A stretch of DNA of 64,000 nucleotides from Escherichia coli (GTDB lineage Bacteria; Pseudomonadota; Gammaproteobacteria; Enterobacterales; Enterobacteriaceae): NCBI GenBank assembly GCA_005400705.1, contig GCA_005400705.1_4079.1. The stretch is one strand, 5' to 3'. The position numbers and the translations under genes are program-made. Of the stretch, positions 50,792 to 59,678 are shown piece by piece; the stretch's first letter is position 1; each line of letters starts with the position of its first letter. The notes beneath the pieces are model-generated. The model searched no databases. It was given only the letters and a program-made list of their open reading frames with translations, and was not told the origin of the DNA.

Positions 50792-51073
50792 ATGCGTTCA
50801 TTTGAAAACTTAATAGGTAAGAATCTTTTATCTGAAATTGATGCAGACGTTAAAGAATTATCCAAATCAAAAAGTTACATTCATTTGGATGAACTATTTG
50901 TTAAGTACGGTGAGATTGGTTTTAAGTCATTATTTGTTTTTACTATGAAAGTACATAGTTTAAAGTACTTCGATTTGAGTGCTAAAGATGGTGAACCGAA
51001 TCTATATTACATGTATTACCTTAAGAACAAAGATGAAGCTAATACATTACTCTCTGAATATATATTGGGGTAA
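50792..51073 (+). CDS. hypothetical protein
   Basis: SD AAAGGA. Confidence 0.5.
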   Translation: MRSFENLIGKNLLSEIDADVKELSKSKSYIHLDELFVKYGEIGFKSLFVFTMKVHSLKYFDLSAKDGEPNLYYMYYLKNKDEANTLLSEYILG

Positions 51074-51075
51074 AA

Positions 51076-51414
51076 ATGGAACAATATTTTGAATTAATAA
51101 ACAAAGTATCATTTTATGTAGTATCTTTGGTTTGGGTGTATTATATGTTTTGCTACATTATTGCATTCTTCCGATACACTACTTTATATGAACGTATCTA
51201 CTATGATGCCCCAATTTCATTCTTGATGTTTTGTGCATGTACGTGGGGAATATTAGAAGTACTGATATGTGGGTATAGTACTGATGAATTAAATCTGGTA
51301 TCGGTGTTGACTGGGTTTTCATTTGTTGTTATGATAGCTGCCGTTCCAGTATGGTTGTTCTTTGGACTAGTTCATCGCATTGATATATGGCGTTCTAATA
51401 TCCCTGAAAAGTAA
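51076..51414 (+). CDS. small multi-TM protein, array A member 1
   Basis: About 112 aa, 3-4 TM segments, FFRYTTLYERIYYDAPI after TM1, C-terminal RSNIPEK. Confidence 0.55.
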   Translation: MEQYFELINKVSFYVVSLVWVYYMFCYIIAFFRYTTLYERIYYDAPISFLMFCACTWGILEVLICGYSTDELNLVSVLTGFSFVVMIAAVPVWLFFGLVHRIDIWRSNIPEK

Positions 51415-51423
51415 GGATTGGTA

Positions 51424-51765
51424 ATGATTTATTACACTAACATGTTTGCCTATGCTGTTGCTTGCATTTACATTGTTTACTTCTTATTCGGTGGAGTACT
51501 GTGCTTCTTTAAGTACAAAACGTTGTTCAACCGAATGTACCCAAATCATCCAATTGTAGTTGTACTTTTGATTCTTTCAGTTTCTCAAATAATCGTTGAA
51601 ACTACAATGGGTATCAGTAGTGTACATTATAGTTTTGGTACTATAGTAATTATTACTATGCTTATTGCATACATTTTAGTACTTGGATATGGTATCTTTG
51701 GTAATATTGGTATGAAAATGTATCATCGAATTAAAACATTACGTGATAATCTACCGGAGCGTTGA
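51424..51765 (+). CDS. small multi-TM protein, array A member 2
   Basis: ATG after AAGGA (track ORF begins at a TTG at 51418); FFKYKTLFNRMYPNHPI; C-terminal LRDNLPER. Confidence 0.55.
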   Translation: MIYYTNMFAYAVACIYIVYFLFGGVLCFFKYKTLFNRMYPNHPIVVVLLILSVSQIIVETTMGISSVHYSFGTIVIITMLIAYILVLGYGIFGNIGMKMYHRIKTLRDNLPER

Positions 51766-51766
51766 T

Positions 51767-52111
51767 ATGTATAATTTGAACCTAATCTCATATATTATAA
51801 CAACACTGTTTACATTCTATGCCTTTGTTGGTATAATCCTACTGTACTTTAAATTTTATAAAGTGTTTAACCGTTTCTATCCTTCAATGGAGAATGAGTT
51901 TTTCTTTGTGTTGTACGTATGTTACACATTCATGGCTACATGTTTCACTGTAGTCGATGGTGTCATCGGCATTAAAACTGCTGCACCAAATGGTAGTACG
52001 CTGGTTGCATTTATTCTTACCGGATTCCTTGCAACTTATATTGCCTTCATTGCAACATGGTCAGTGGTTGAATTTCTCTTGCGACTACGAAAGAATATGC
52101 CGAATCGATAG
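51767..52111 (+). CDS. small multi-TM protein, array A member 3
   Basis: ATG after GGAG (track ORF 51743-52111); YFKFYKVFNRFYPSMEN; C-terminal LRKNMPNR. Confidence 0.55.
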   Translation: MYNLNLISYIITTLFTFYAFVGIILLYFKFYKVFNRFYPSMENEFFFVLYVCYTFMATCFTVVDGVIGIKTAAPNGSTLVAFILTGFLATYIAFIATWSVVEFLLRLRKNMPNR

Positions 52112-52120
52112 GAGACATAT

Positions 52121-52375
52121 ATGTTTGCATTGCGTAACAAAAACACTAAAGAAATATTATGTTTAGATACCGTATGGGATTGTGCGGGATCAACTACAGT
52201 TCTTGAAGAAGGAACTGGATATTGCGTGTTTGTTGTACATGATAGGAATGAACTCGAATTATTACTTGCTGAGTTCAATGCTGGTGGTAATCCTAACAGT
52301 ACTGAATACCCTGAGATTATCAATCCAGCACCACCAGGCTCTTATGAAATTCTACAACTGTGGGAGTTGAAGTAA
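52121..52375 (+). CDS. hypothetical protein
   Basis: SD GGAGA. Confidence 0.5.
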   Translation: MFALRNKNTKEILCLDTVWDCAGSTTVLEEGTGYCVFVVHDRNELELLLAEFNAGGNPNSTEYPEIINPAPPGSYEILQLWELK

Positions 52376-52755
52376 TGCGTCAAATGCACAAAGTAACCGA
52401 GCTAAACAAGCGTCTGGTTAAACAATCAATGTTCGAGGATAAAGAGTCTTATTATAACTTTAAACGTGCTGTAGAGGCTGCTATCCACATTCAGAAGCTT
52501 AAAGAACGTGGTTGTATTATTCTGGAAAATGGGTCGGAAGTTGTAACGGATGACTTTAGTGTAGCGTTTGATGTTTCACCTGACGGGACGCTATCAATGC
52601 CCCGCTTAGGAACTGGAAACATGACTGTTTGGGTTGGCTTCACTATGGGGAATGTACCTGGTACTGTGTACGTAGATGATGCGGAATTGAAAGACAGTTT
52701 CAAAAACTTATCTTATCTTGAACCACAATACGCACATGAAATGAATTTATTTTGA
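52375..52755 (+). CDS. hypothetical protein
   Basis: ATG after GGAG (track ORF 52360-52755). Confidence 0.5.
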   Translation: MRQMHKVTELNKRLVKQSMFEDKESYYNFKRAVEAAIHIQKLKERGCIILENGSEVVTDDFSVAFDVSPDGTLSMPRLGTGNMTVWVGFTMGNVPGTVYVDDAELKDSFKNLSYLEPQYAHEMNLF

Positions 52756-52756
52756 G

Positions 52757-52784
52757 TTGACAAACACATTCAGTACTGTATAAT
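52757..52784 (+). promoter_or_regulatory. sigma70-like promoter with extended -10
   Basis: TTGACA-AACACATTCAGTACTG-TATAAT. Confidence 0.6.
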
Positions 52785-52831
52785 GCTTATCAAGGGGATG
52801 AACTTCTCATCCCTACAATCGAGGAACTACC

Positions 52832-53386
52832 ATGATTACTTTTAAGAAAACTGCTAACCACATCCATGAAATCTACATTAACGGTCACAAAGCTGGCCTT
52901 CTTCGTTTACTCGCCCATCATCCTGATGTTACCGTATCTGATAATGAACCTAAAGATTGGCGTGTATTTTTCTTTGGAAAGTACAGTGATTTTCAAGTAT
53001 CAAACCTGAAGAACATTCGTTCAGTATGCACGTTAACTGAAATTAAAGAAAAGTTAGAAAAAGCATTGAAAACTAATCCAGATGGTGTTCTTCCACCTGA
53101 TAACTTTGTAGAGAAAGGTTATGCATTAGCTCATTTCAAAGATGGTACTATTCAATCTATCAGTACTGAATATGAATATCAATGGACTGAGTACTTCACT
53201 TATGGATCGCGTAATACATTGATGGCTTCACGTAGTAAATTGGAAGAAGTACTGACTCGTATGAATGAACGCGAACGTCAATTTTATGACAAACCAGAAA
53301 TGTGGAGTTCAACTTACATTGACCGTATTGACTATGTTATTATGACTCCAATCTTTGACACTGCTTACTATGATTCTTTGAAATAA
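52832..53386 (+). CDS. hypothetical protein
   Basis: SD GAGGAA. Confidence 0.55.
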   Translation: MITFKKTANHIHEIYINGHKAGLLRLLAHHPDVTVSDNEPKDWRVFFFGKYSDFQVSNLKNIRSVCTLTEIKEKLEKALKTNPDGVLPPDNFVEKGYALAHFKDGTIQSISTEYEYQWTEYFTYGSRNTLMASRSKLEEVLTRMNERERQFYDKPEMWSSTYIDRIDYVIMTPIFDTAYYDSLK

Positions 53387-53397
53387 GGATAACTTAT

Positions 53398-53574
53398 ATG
53401 AAACTACGTACTCGTAATCGACTGATGGATGCACTGTACCATGAACAGCTTTCACTGAATGAAGTGAAGCGACAGTTAATGTACACATATCTGTTACCCG
53501 CTCGCATTGCAAAACAACGTGCTAAAGAATTGCTGAAAGAAGCAATCGAGTACTGGGAATCTGATTCATACTAA
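53398..53574 (+). CDS. small ORF (58 aa), basic, hypothetical
   Basis: ATG after AAGGA; below ORF-track cutoff. Confidence 0.35.
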   Translation: MKLRTRNRLMDALYHEQLSLNEVKRQLMYTYLLPARIAKQRAKELLKEAIEYWESDSY

Positions 53575-53613
53575 TATTACGTGATATGTCACGTTAATTA
53601 AGTGAGGCGATAA

Positions 53614-53865
53614 ATGAAAATATTATTAGTTTTAATACTACTAATAGTTTTACCATTTACTTTAGTATCCCCTGGACTTGCATGGAATGTATTTGTGTAC
53701 TTAGTATGTACTATTGTAGTAAATGGTATCTTGTTCTTAGTTCTATTCATAAATGGAATAGGACACGGTGGAGGATGGACCAGTACTGCTGATATTGTAC
53801 ATAAAACCACTATGTCTTTATTTGTAGTGTGGAATTTATTCTGGACTTGGTTTGTGTTCTTCTAA
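53614..53865 (+). CDS. small membrane protein (hypothetical)
   Basis: SD GAGG; three hydrophobic segments. Confidence 0.5.
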   Translation: MKILLVLILLIVLPFTLVSPGLAWNVFVYLVCTIVVNGILFLVLFINGIGHGGGWTSTADIVHKTTMSLFVVWNLFWTWFVFF

Positions 53866-53874
53866 TTAAAAAAT

Positions 53875-54246
53875 ATGAATATAGATTTGAAAGGTGCAAC
53901 CCGAACTGTTATCCTCATTGGGGAATACGCTATCAAGATTCCAACCTTTAAAAGTTGGAAGCTATTCTTAACAGGGATGATAGCTAACCTCAATGAACGT
54001 TCGTGGATGCAGTACTCCAAGCGTAGTGATACTGGTATCTGTCCTACTTTGTGGTCATCATGTACTGGACTAGTAACTGTACAGAAACGTTGTAAGCCAG
54101 TGCAACATAGGGGTTTATTTTGGGTGGAGTTGTGTGCTTTAGCATTGAATACAGAGTTAAGTACTGACTTCTTCTATTCAGATGCGAAGCCAGAAAACTT
54201 TGGGTATCTGGGTGGTAAGTTAGTTAAACTTGATTATGGAGATTAA
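53875..54246 (+). CDS. hypothetical protein
   Basis: 123 aa ORF. Confidence 0.5.
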   Translation: MNIDLKGATRTVILIGEYAIKIPTFKSWKLFLTGMIANLNERSWMQYSKRSDTGICPTLWSSCTGLVTVQKRCKPVQHRGLFWVELCALALNTELSTDFFYSDAKPENFGYLGGKLVKLDYGD

Positions 54247-54247
54247 T

Positions 54248-54517
54248 ATGTACGCACTGTATAATAAAGAAAAGAAACGATTTGCTAAGGTTGAAATTTC
54301 GATTGATACATTTGATATGTTGGAGTACTGTATTGTAACTGACCTATCTGCTAACTTGTATTACGTTCATGATGACGTATCAGTACTGCAACGATTGCTT
54401 GAGAATTCCAAAAGTCAATGCCAGGACATCCATGATGGTTCATCTTATGAAACACCTGAGTGTCCCCACGGGCAACTCGATGGGTATGAGATTGTTAAGT
54501 TGGGAATTGTTGAGTAA
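54248..54517 (+). CDS. hypothetical protein
   Basis: ATG after GGAG (track ORF 54230-54517). Confidence 0.45.
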   Translation: MYALYNKEKKRFAKVEISIDTFDMLEYCIVTDLSANLYYVHDDVSVLQRLLENSKSQCQDIHDGSSYETPECPHGQLDGYEIVKLGIVE

Positions 54518-54523
54518 AAGGTA

Positions 54524-54552
54524 TTGACACCGTACTCATTTAACTGTATTAT
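54524..54552 (+). promoter_or_regulatory. sigma70-like promoter with extended -10
   Basis: TTGACA - 17 nt - TGTATTAT. Confidence 0.5.
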
Positions 54553-54582
54553 GTATGTACACCAACTAATGAGGAATCGGAA

Positions 54583-54942
54583 ATGGCATCTTTATCTGAA
54601 ATCACTGAACTGAATCCACTGGTAATTAGTACTGTTCAACGCACCAAGACGTTTTACTTCCGTCCTGCTGATGGATGGAAACGTGGAATGAATGGTGACT
54701 ATCGAGTACTGGAAGATTCGCTCATCGAGCGTATCAACTCTGAACTACAGAAGTATGAAGGTGTTAAAGTTGTCCGTTCAACTTCTCGTTATTTTGAGTA
54801 CTACATTGAGTCTTCAACTGTAAATGAAAACTCATCATTCTCGGTGGATAACACTGATATTCTTCGCAATGCAGTTGGTTTGCTATGCAACATTGCAGAA
54901 GAAATGGGATTAACTATCACCACAATGAGTGAGTTAGAATAG
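54583..54942 (+). CDS. hypothetical protein
   Basis: SD GAGGAA. Confidence 0.5.
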   Translation: MASLSEITELNPLVISTVQRTKTFYFRPADGWKRGMNGDYRVLEDSLIERINSELQKYEGVKVVRSTSRYFEYYIESSTVNENSSFSVDNTDILRNAVGLLCNIAEEMGLTITTMSELE

Positions 54943-54952
54943 AATAAAAAAA

Positions 54953-54976
54953 GGGTTGACTTAGGTCGGCCCTTTT
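54953..54976 (+). terminator. terminator hairpin (GGTTGAC repeat family variant)
   Basis: GGGTTGAC-TTAG-GTCGGCCC followed by TTTT, then -10-like TATTAT. Confidence 0.55.
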
Positions 54977-55012
54977 GCTATTATATCTATATCGAAACGA
55001 AGGAGACAAACC

Positions 55013-55786
55013 ATGACCCGTCAAGAGAAAGCAATCCAAATCGAAAAAAACTTCAATAGCATGATGGCTGCACTGGAATGCCTTCTTGATACACAAGCTA
55101 ACTCTATCAACTCTCTGATCGTATCAGGTAAAGGTGGTGTTGGTAAAACTTATAACGTTGACCAACGGTTGCAGAAAGCTGATGATAACTTTGAAATCGA
55201 CTACAAGAAAATCAGTGGTAAAGTAACTACTTTGGGTCTGTACGAAGCACTGTATCGTTCACGTCATGCCGCATCAGTACTGTTACTTGATGACGTTGAT
55301 ATCTTCTCTGACGAGACTAATATTGATTTGCTTAAAGCTGTGTTGGATACGTCAGAGAAGCGTGTAGTTTCTTACGCGACTTCTGCTAAGTACCTGGAAC
55401 AGCAGGGTATCCCTAAGCAGTTTGAATTCCGTGGTAAAGTAATCTTTCTGACTAACAAAAACCTGTCACAGATTGCTAAAGGTAAAAGCAGCTTAGCACC
55501 ACACATCGATGCACTGATCACTCGTAGTATCTTTGTTGACCTGCAACTGTTCACCAACGAAGAAGTGATGATTCACATTGAGAACATCATGAACAAAACT
55601 AACATCCTTGAAAACAATGGTGTTAACAAAAATGGTTGTAAAGCAATCCTGAATTGGATGCTGAACAACGAAGAACGTTTGCGTAGTCCATCACTGCGTA
55701 TGCCAGTACTGATCGCTGGTTTGTATAATAAATTCCCATACGATTGGGAATCAATGGCAGAGAATATGTTCCTTGAGAAAATTTAA
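55013..55786 (+). CDS. P-loop NTPase (deviant Walker A, ParA/MinD-like signature)
   Basis: SD AAGGAG; Walker A SGKGGVGKT and Walker B-like VLLLDDVD; codon choice (CTG, CGT, GGT) differs from neighbours. Confidence 0.55.
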   Translation: MTRQEKAIQIEKNFNSMMAALECLLDTQANSINSLIVSGKGGVGKTYNVDQRLQKADDNFEIDYKKISGKVTTLGLYEALYRSRHAASVLLLDDVDIFSDETNIDLLKAVLDTSEKRVVSYATSAKYLEQQGIPKQFEFRGKVIFLTNKNLSQIAKGKSSLAPHIDALITRSIFVDLQLFTNEEVMIHIENIMNKTNILENNGVNKNGCKAILNWMLNNEERLRSPSLRMPVLIAGLYNKFPYDWESMAENMFLEKI

Positions 55787-55853
55787 TTACATGTATTGAC
55801 AGTACTACACTATGGTAGTACTATAACTTAATATTCACCACCGGAGATACGAT

Positions 55854-56192
55854 ATGCTTGAGTTTTTTAATTCAGATACAATGCTTAGTATTACTTTGAT
55901 TTATCTGTTTGGTTTTTTCTTTTATCATGCACTAGTTGTAGTACTATGGTATTTTAAAAAGAAAATCGTTTTCAAACTGTATCCTGATGGAAACATTTCA
56001 CTACTTCTTTTCACTATTATCCAAGGTATGTTTGCAATTGTTGGTCTTATCGCACACTTAATTTATTGTGCTAATCCACAGTTGAACTCAATATCACAAT
56101 ATATTGTATTCCTTGGATTACTAATTTGGGTGCTGATATACTTGTTTAATCTCATCATTAATGGAAGAGCAAAAATTCGTGGGGACTTCTAA
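55854..56192 (+). CDS. small multi-TM protein, array B member 1
   Basis: 112 aa, 3-4 TM segments, YFKKKIVFKLYPDGNI after TM1. Confidence 0.55.
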   Translation: MLEFFNSDTMLSITLIYLFGFFFYHALVVVLWYFKKKIVFKLYPDGNISLLLFTIIQGMFAIVGLIAHLIYCANPQLNSISQYIVFLGLLIWVLIYLFNLIINGRAKIRGDF

Positions 56193-56539
56193 TGTTTGAA
56201 TCTTATCTTGAGTTTTTAAAGAGTAGTTCTGTTGCACATTCAATTGCAGGGATTATTCTAACAGGTTATGTAACATTTTGGGTAGTTATGTTTCTAGGAT
56301 GGTATTTTAAACGACAATTCTATAAGCGTAATGGTGAAGATTTTATGAATTCTTTCATTAATCAATCGTTGTTTGCATCAACATTGATAGCATGTATTGT
56401 AGCAACACTCACAGGAAAGGTACTGCCAGCATTCTCCGCAGTTTACGGTACATTGGGTATGATATGTGTAGTTTTTTACTTGACCATTAAAATTTGTTGT
56501 GTTATGATTGAACTTCGAAATAAGATACCGGAGGAATGA
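56192..56539 (+). CDS. small multi-TM protein, array B member 2
   Basis: YFKRQFYKRNGEDF after TM1; C-terminal ELRNKIPEE. Confidence 0.55.
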   Translation: MFESYLEFLKSSSVAHSIAGIILTGYVTFWVVMFLGWYFKRQFYKRNGEDFMNSFINQSLFASTLIACIVATLTGKVLPAFSAVYGTLGMICVVFYLTIKICCVMIELRNKIPEE

Positions 56540-56874
56540 TGGAGTACTTTATTGATTTACTGCCGTGGTATATGAAAGTTAGTACTTTGTACTATATTAT
56601 TAGTGCTGGATTCTACTTTCTGATGTGGTTCTTTAAACGACCAATTTCAGTATTCATCGCTGATAACATGCTGCAATTAAAATTACACGCATGGTTTGGT
56701 ATGGCGATGATTATGCCTATTATTCACTACTCAATGATTAGTAGAGGTTTCCGTTCTAATGGTGAACCAATTGTATTAGTATTCTATTGGGGTTCAACTA
56801 TTGCATATGTAAGTTTGTTGTTGTTCCCAGTCGTTCATAAGTTACGTGCTAAAATTCCTGATGCGAGGTACTAA
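56536..56874 (+). CDS. small multi-TM protein, array B member 3
   Basis: FFKRPISVF after TM1; C-terminal KLRAKIPDARY. Confidence 0.55.
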   Translation: MMEYFIDLLPWYMKVSTLYYIISAGFYFLMWFFKRPISVFIADNMLQLKLHAWFGMAMIMPIIHYSMISRGFRSNGEPIVLVFYWGSTIAYVSLLLFPVVHKLRAKIPDARY

Positions 56875-57188
56875 TGGATATAGTAACATTGATTTACACG
56901 TTGTATTCATTCTATTTCATTATGTGTTGGGTTGGATTTTTATTTGTACTCAAGATGTTTGATTATGTTGAAAAACAGATAAAAGAATTTTGTATTCCTT
57001 TTATCGGTTCAACCATTATTAGTGTTTCTTGTGTGTATTTTTTGGTTTTTGATCCACCAGATAACACTGCAATGATTGACTTGATGTTACTACCAACAAC
57101 TGTTACTTTTTTATGTAGTCTGATGCCGCCGATTAGCCGTGGACTAACAGAATTTAGACGCAATCAAAAGCGTAAACGAGGGATGTAA
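56874..57188 (+). CDS. small multi-TM protein, array B member 4
   Basis: Hydrophobic, basic C-terminus RRNQKRKRGM. Confidence 0.5.
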   Translation: MDIVTLIYTLYSFYFIMCWVGFLFVLKMFDYVEKQIKEFCIPFIGSTIISVSCVYFLVFDPPDNTAMIDLMLLPTTVTFLCSLMPPISRGLTEFRRNQKRKRGM

Positions 57189-57556
57189 TGGAAATTGCTC
57201 TTATTATCTTAACTGCTATGCTGTTTATTAGTACTGTGGTTATAATTGGTAAATTCTTTTGTGTATCATTTTTAGAAACGGTATACGATGAAATTGCTGA
57301 TGATTATGAATTACAAGCCGGATTTTTCATTACGTATTGGCTTAGTTTATTTTGTCTAGTCATTGCTTGGATTTTACATATCTTTAAATGGGGTATGGTA
57401 GACGGTGATCCTATTATGGCAATTATTGTTCTAGTGTTTGGTATCCTTGGTGGTGCAGTGCATAATCTAATGGTTATCTGGCAAACTGTTCAATATGTTT
57501 TGGTTCCCTATTTCGAAAAGATGCACAGTACAATTAAAAAACGTAAACGAGGTTAG
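57188..57556 (+). CDS. small multi-TM protein, array B member 5
   Basis: Hydrophobic, basic C-terminus KKRKRG. Confidence 0.5.
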   Translation: MEIALIILTAMLFISTVVIIGKFFCVSFLETVYDEIADDYELQAGFFITYWLSLFCLVIAWILHIFKWGMVDGDPIMAIIVLVFGILGGAVHNLMVIWQTVQYVLVPYFEKMHSTIKKRKRG

Positions 57557-57557
57557 T

Positions 57558-57920
57558 ATGAACGGGATAGAATTATCTTTCGTTGGTCAATTACTAGTAA
57601 TGGCGTATACATTTATCTTCTCACTGAATGCATTCGTGTGCATTGGGAAGTACTTCCATAAGCGACCATTATCAAATATATATGATGTAATCCAAAAGAG
57701 ATATAGTCCAGCATATACTGTGTTGGGTACAGTATTCAATTTTGGTTTTATTGTATTAATAATTGGACTGTTCACATCCTCTTTGAATACAATAACCTTC
57801 GGTCTTATGATATGTTCATTGGTATTAGCCGTAATTATATGTTGTTTAGTACTACACCTTGTGATACTATTATATATAAAGATCTCTGAAATCCACCAAC
57901 GTTTGGGTATGAGGAAATAA
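57558..57920 (+). CDS. small multi-TM protein, array B member 6
   Basis: ATG after GAGG (track ORF 57495-57920); YFHKRPLSNIYD after TM1. Confidence 0.5.
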   Translation: MNGIELSFVGQLLVMAYTFIFSLNAFVCIGKYFHKRPLSNIYDVIQKRYSPAYTVLGTVFNFGFIVLIIGLFTSSLNTITFGLMICSLVLAVIICCLVLHLVILLYIKISEIHQRLGMRK

Positions 57921-57921
57921 T

Positions 57922-58293
57922 ATGAGTTACCGTGAGATATTTTCCATTATTTCAATTATTATGTTCAGTACTGGAACACTGGTATGGTTATTATATTTCT
58001 TCTGTATTAATCCAGTGTATAATATGTTATGTAATATTAAATCAAGTGCCGGATATATCACTTTTATGGTCTTTATGGGATATTATTGTCTAAGCATTTT
58101 AGGTGTTGTTTTGGTTGTTATATTTGATGTGGGGCCAAATAGTGATGGTATGGAAATACATGAATTAATAACCATGTTTGGATGTATGATACCAACAGCA
58201 CTACTGTTTGTAGCTACTGGTAGTGGATTGATAAAATTATATAATTATTTAAAATCCATTCATAATTCCATTCATAATAAGCGTATGTCATAA
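57922..58293 (+). CDS. small multi-TM protein, array B member 7
   Basis: SD GAGGAAA; hydrophobic, C-terminal basic tail. Confidence 0.5.
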   Translation: MSYREIFSIISIIMFSTGTLVWLLYFFCINPVYNMLCNIKSSAGYITFMVFMGYYCLSILGVVLVVIFDVGPNSDGMEIHELITMFGCMIPTALLFVATGSGLIKLYNYLKSIHNSIHNKRMS

Positions 58294-58335
58294 TAAAAAA
58301 TCCAGTACTATTAAGTACTGGATGTATAAGGAGTT

Positions 58336-58998
58336 ATGATGAAATCAAAATTAGGTTTGTTTTATAAAAACTATTTTGTTAAACAACGTAAATTTATAAA
58401 AAAATATTTCTCTGGTGAGAAGTCTAGTCCTATAATTTTTAAAAGACCAAGTTATAATACTTACTTAGCTTGTGCTAAACAGTCTAAGAAATTTATTACT
58501 CTTTTAAATAAAAACAAAATTAAAGCTTCTTATGTTGAAACGAGAAGAAACTCATCAATAACTCCTGGTGATTTTATTGAGTACGGATGTTTCAATATTA
58601 AGTATAATGATAATACATACTTTATGGATATTGATTGTAATACATCCAATCTTTTTAACATTGTAGTAAATCCATTAAAACAATATAATGTTTATGGTGA
58701 TTCTATTATCAAATTAATCAAAAACAAAGATGGCTTTGATTTTGAAATAAATGTTTTAGATGATAATTTTGACGAAGTACCCGTAAACCCTGAAATCTGT
58801 GATATTTTAAACAGTTTAAAAGGTAGTACCTACAATATATCATCTGATTTAATGTTTCAGTACTCATTAATCCATAAAGATATTGAAAAGTATATTGAAT
58901 GCTCCAGAATTTTGAATTTTCTCTATGATGAATTTAAAAAGAGTTCTAAAATAACTGCATACACTTTGTACAATATTCCTAAAATGGTGAATCTTTAA
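58336..58998 (+). CDS. hypothetical protein, divergent member of EExFFQxS family
   Basis: SD AAGGAG; motif variant SSDLMFQYSLIHKDIEKYIE; last plus-strand gene before the minus-strand block. Confidence 0.5.
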   Translation: MMKSKLGLFYKNYFVKQRKFIKKYFSGEKSSPIIFKRPSYNTYLACAKQSKKFITLLNKNKIKASYVETRRNSSITPGDFIEYGCFNIKYNDNTYFMDIDCNTSNLFNIVVNPLKQYNVYGDSIIKLIKNKDGFDFEINVLDDNFDEVPVNPEICDILNSLKGSTYNISSDLMFQYSLIHKDIEKYIECSRILNFLYDEFKKSSKITAYTLYNIPKMVNL

Positions 58999-59402
58999 CA
59001 AATACAGTACTGGCAACTCCACCGTCTGTAATATATTGTCCAGTACTGTAAATTTGTATACCATCGGTTAAGTAAGTTCTGTATAAAGTTGCTGTAACAT
59101 ATACGTTATTCATATTCATCTCTATTGGTAGTACACATTTGGTATAGGCCGACACATCTGTTTGTGTACCTATACCCAATTGACCTGCGTTATCGCCTGT
59201 GTTATTACCAGTTGCGTAAACACCCAATGAAGTTATAATATGATTAGAAAAATATGAATAACCCAAACTCTTGAGATTCTCTACTGTACAACGTACCATC
59301 TGACATAAGGGCAAAAACTGTTGTATCAGATGAAGCTATTTTTGTTACAGAAGGTTGTATGTTCTGTTTTGATGATGTGATAATTCTTCGAAAGGGTAGC
59401 AT
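58979..59402 (-). pseudogene. frameshifted, internally deleted copy of the RCC1-like repeat gene family
   Basis: Minus-strand ATG at 59402 after GGAGGA gives MLPFRRIIT... which stops after about 52 codons; the +1 frame continues as track ORF 58979-59314 whose C-terminus (AGQLGIGTQTDV...YRTYLTD...YSTGQ) matches the C-termini of the full-length paralogs. Confidence 0.45.
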
Positions 59403-59494
59403 TGTATCCTCCAAATGTAAATCATTATTATATTTAGGACAAAAAAATGCCAGTACAAGGCACTGGCATAAAATCTAAGCAGAAGGCATATCCT

Positions 59495-59605
59495 TCATCT
59501 TAATAAATGAAAATTGTGTACCAGTATTTGTGGTTCCAATTTCTTTATTTCAGGAAGAGTTGGTTTAATATTTCCGTACTTGACCATTCTTGCAAAAGGT
59601 AACAT
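59495..59605 (-). pseudogene. N-terminal fragment (36 codons) of an RCC1-like repeat gene paralog
   Basis: GGAGGGAATT-ATG then MLPFARMVKYGNIKPTLPEI... ending at a stop; carries the family promoter/SD context. Confidence 0.4.
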
Positions 59606-59678
59606 AATTCCCTCCTTTTATTTGTTATACTATATTTAATACAAATAAGAAAGCCAGTATCAAGTACTGGCTTTTACA

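Noticed and set aside
55796-55827. Promoter call at TTGACAGTACTACACTATGGTAGTACTATAACT
   Set aside because: A good -35 is present but no -10 hexamer sits at 16-18 nt spacing; the sequence is better described as a palindrome (AGTACTAC / GTAGTACT) of unknown role.
58979-59402. Programmed +1 ribosomal frameshift joining the two frames of the short RCC1-like copy
   Set aside because: The copy also lacks the entire central repeat region and sits next to another truncated stub, so decay (pseudogene) is more parsimonious than recoding.
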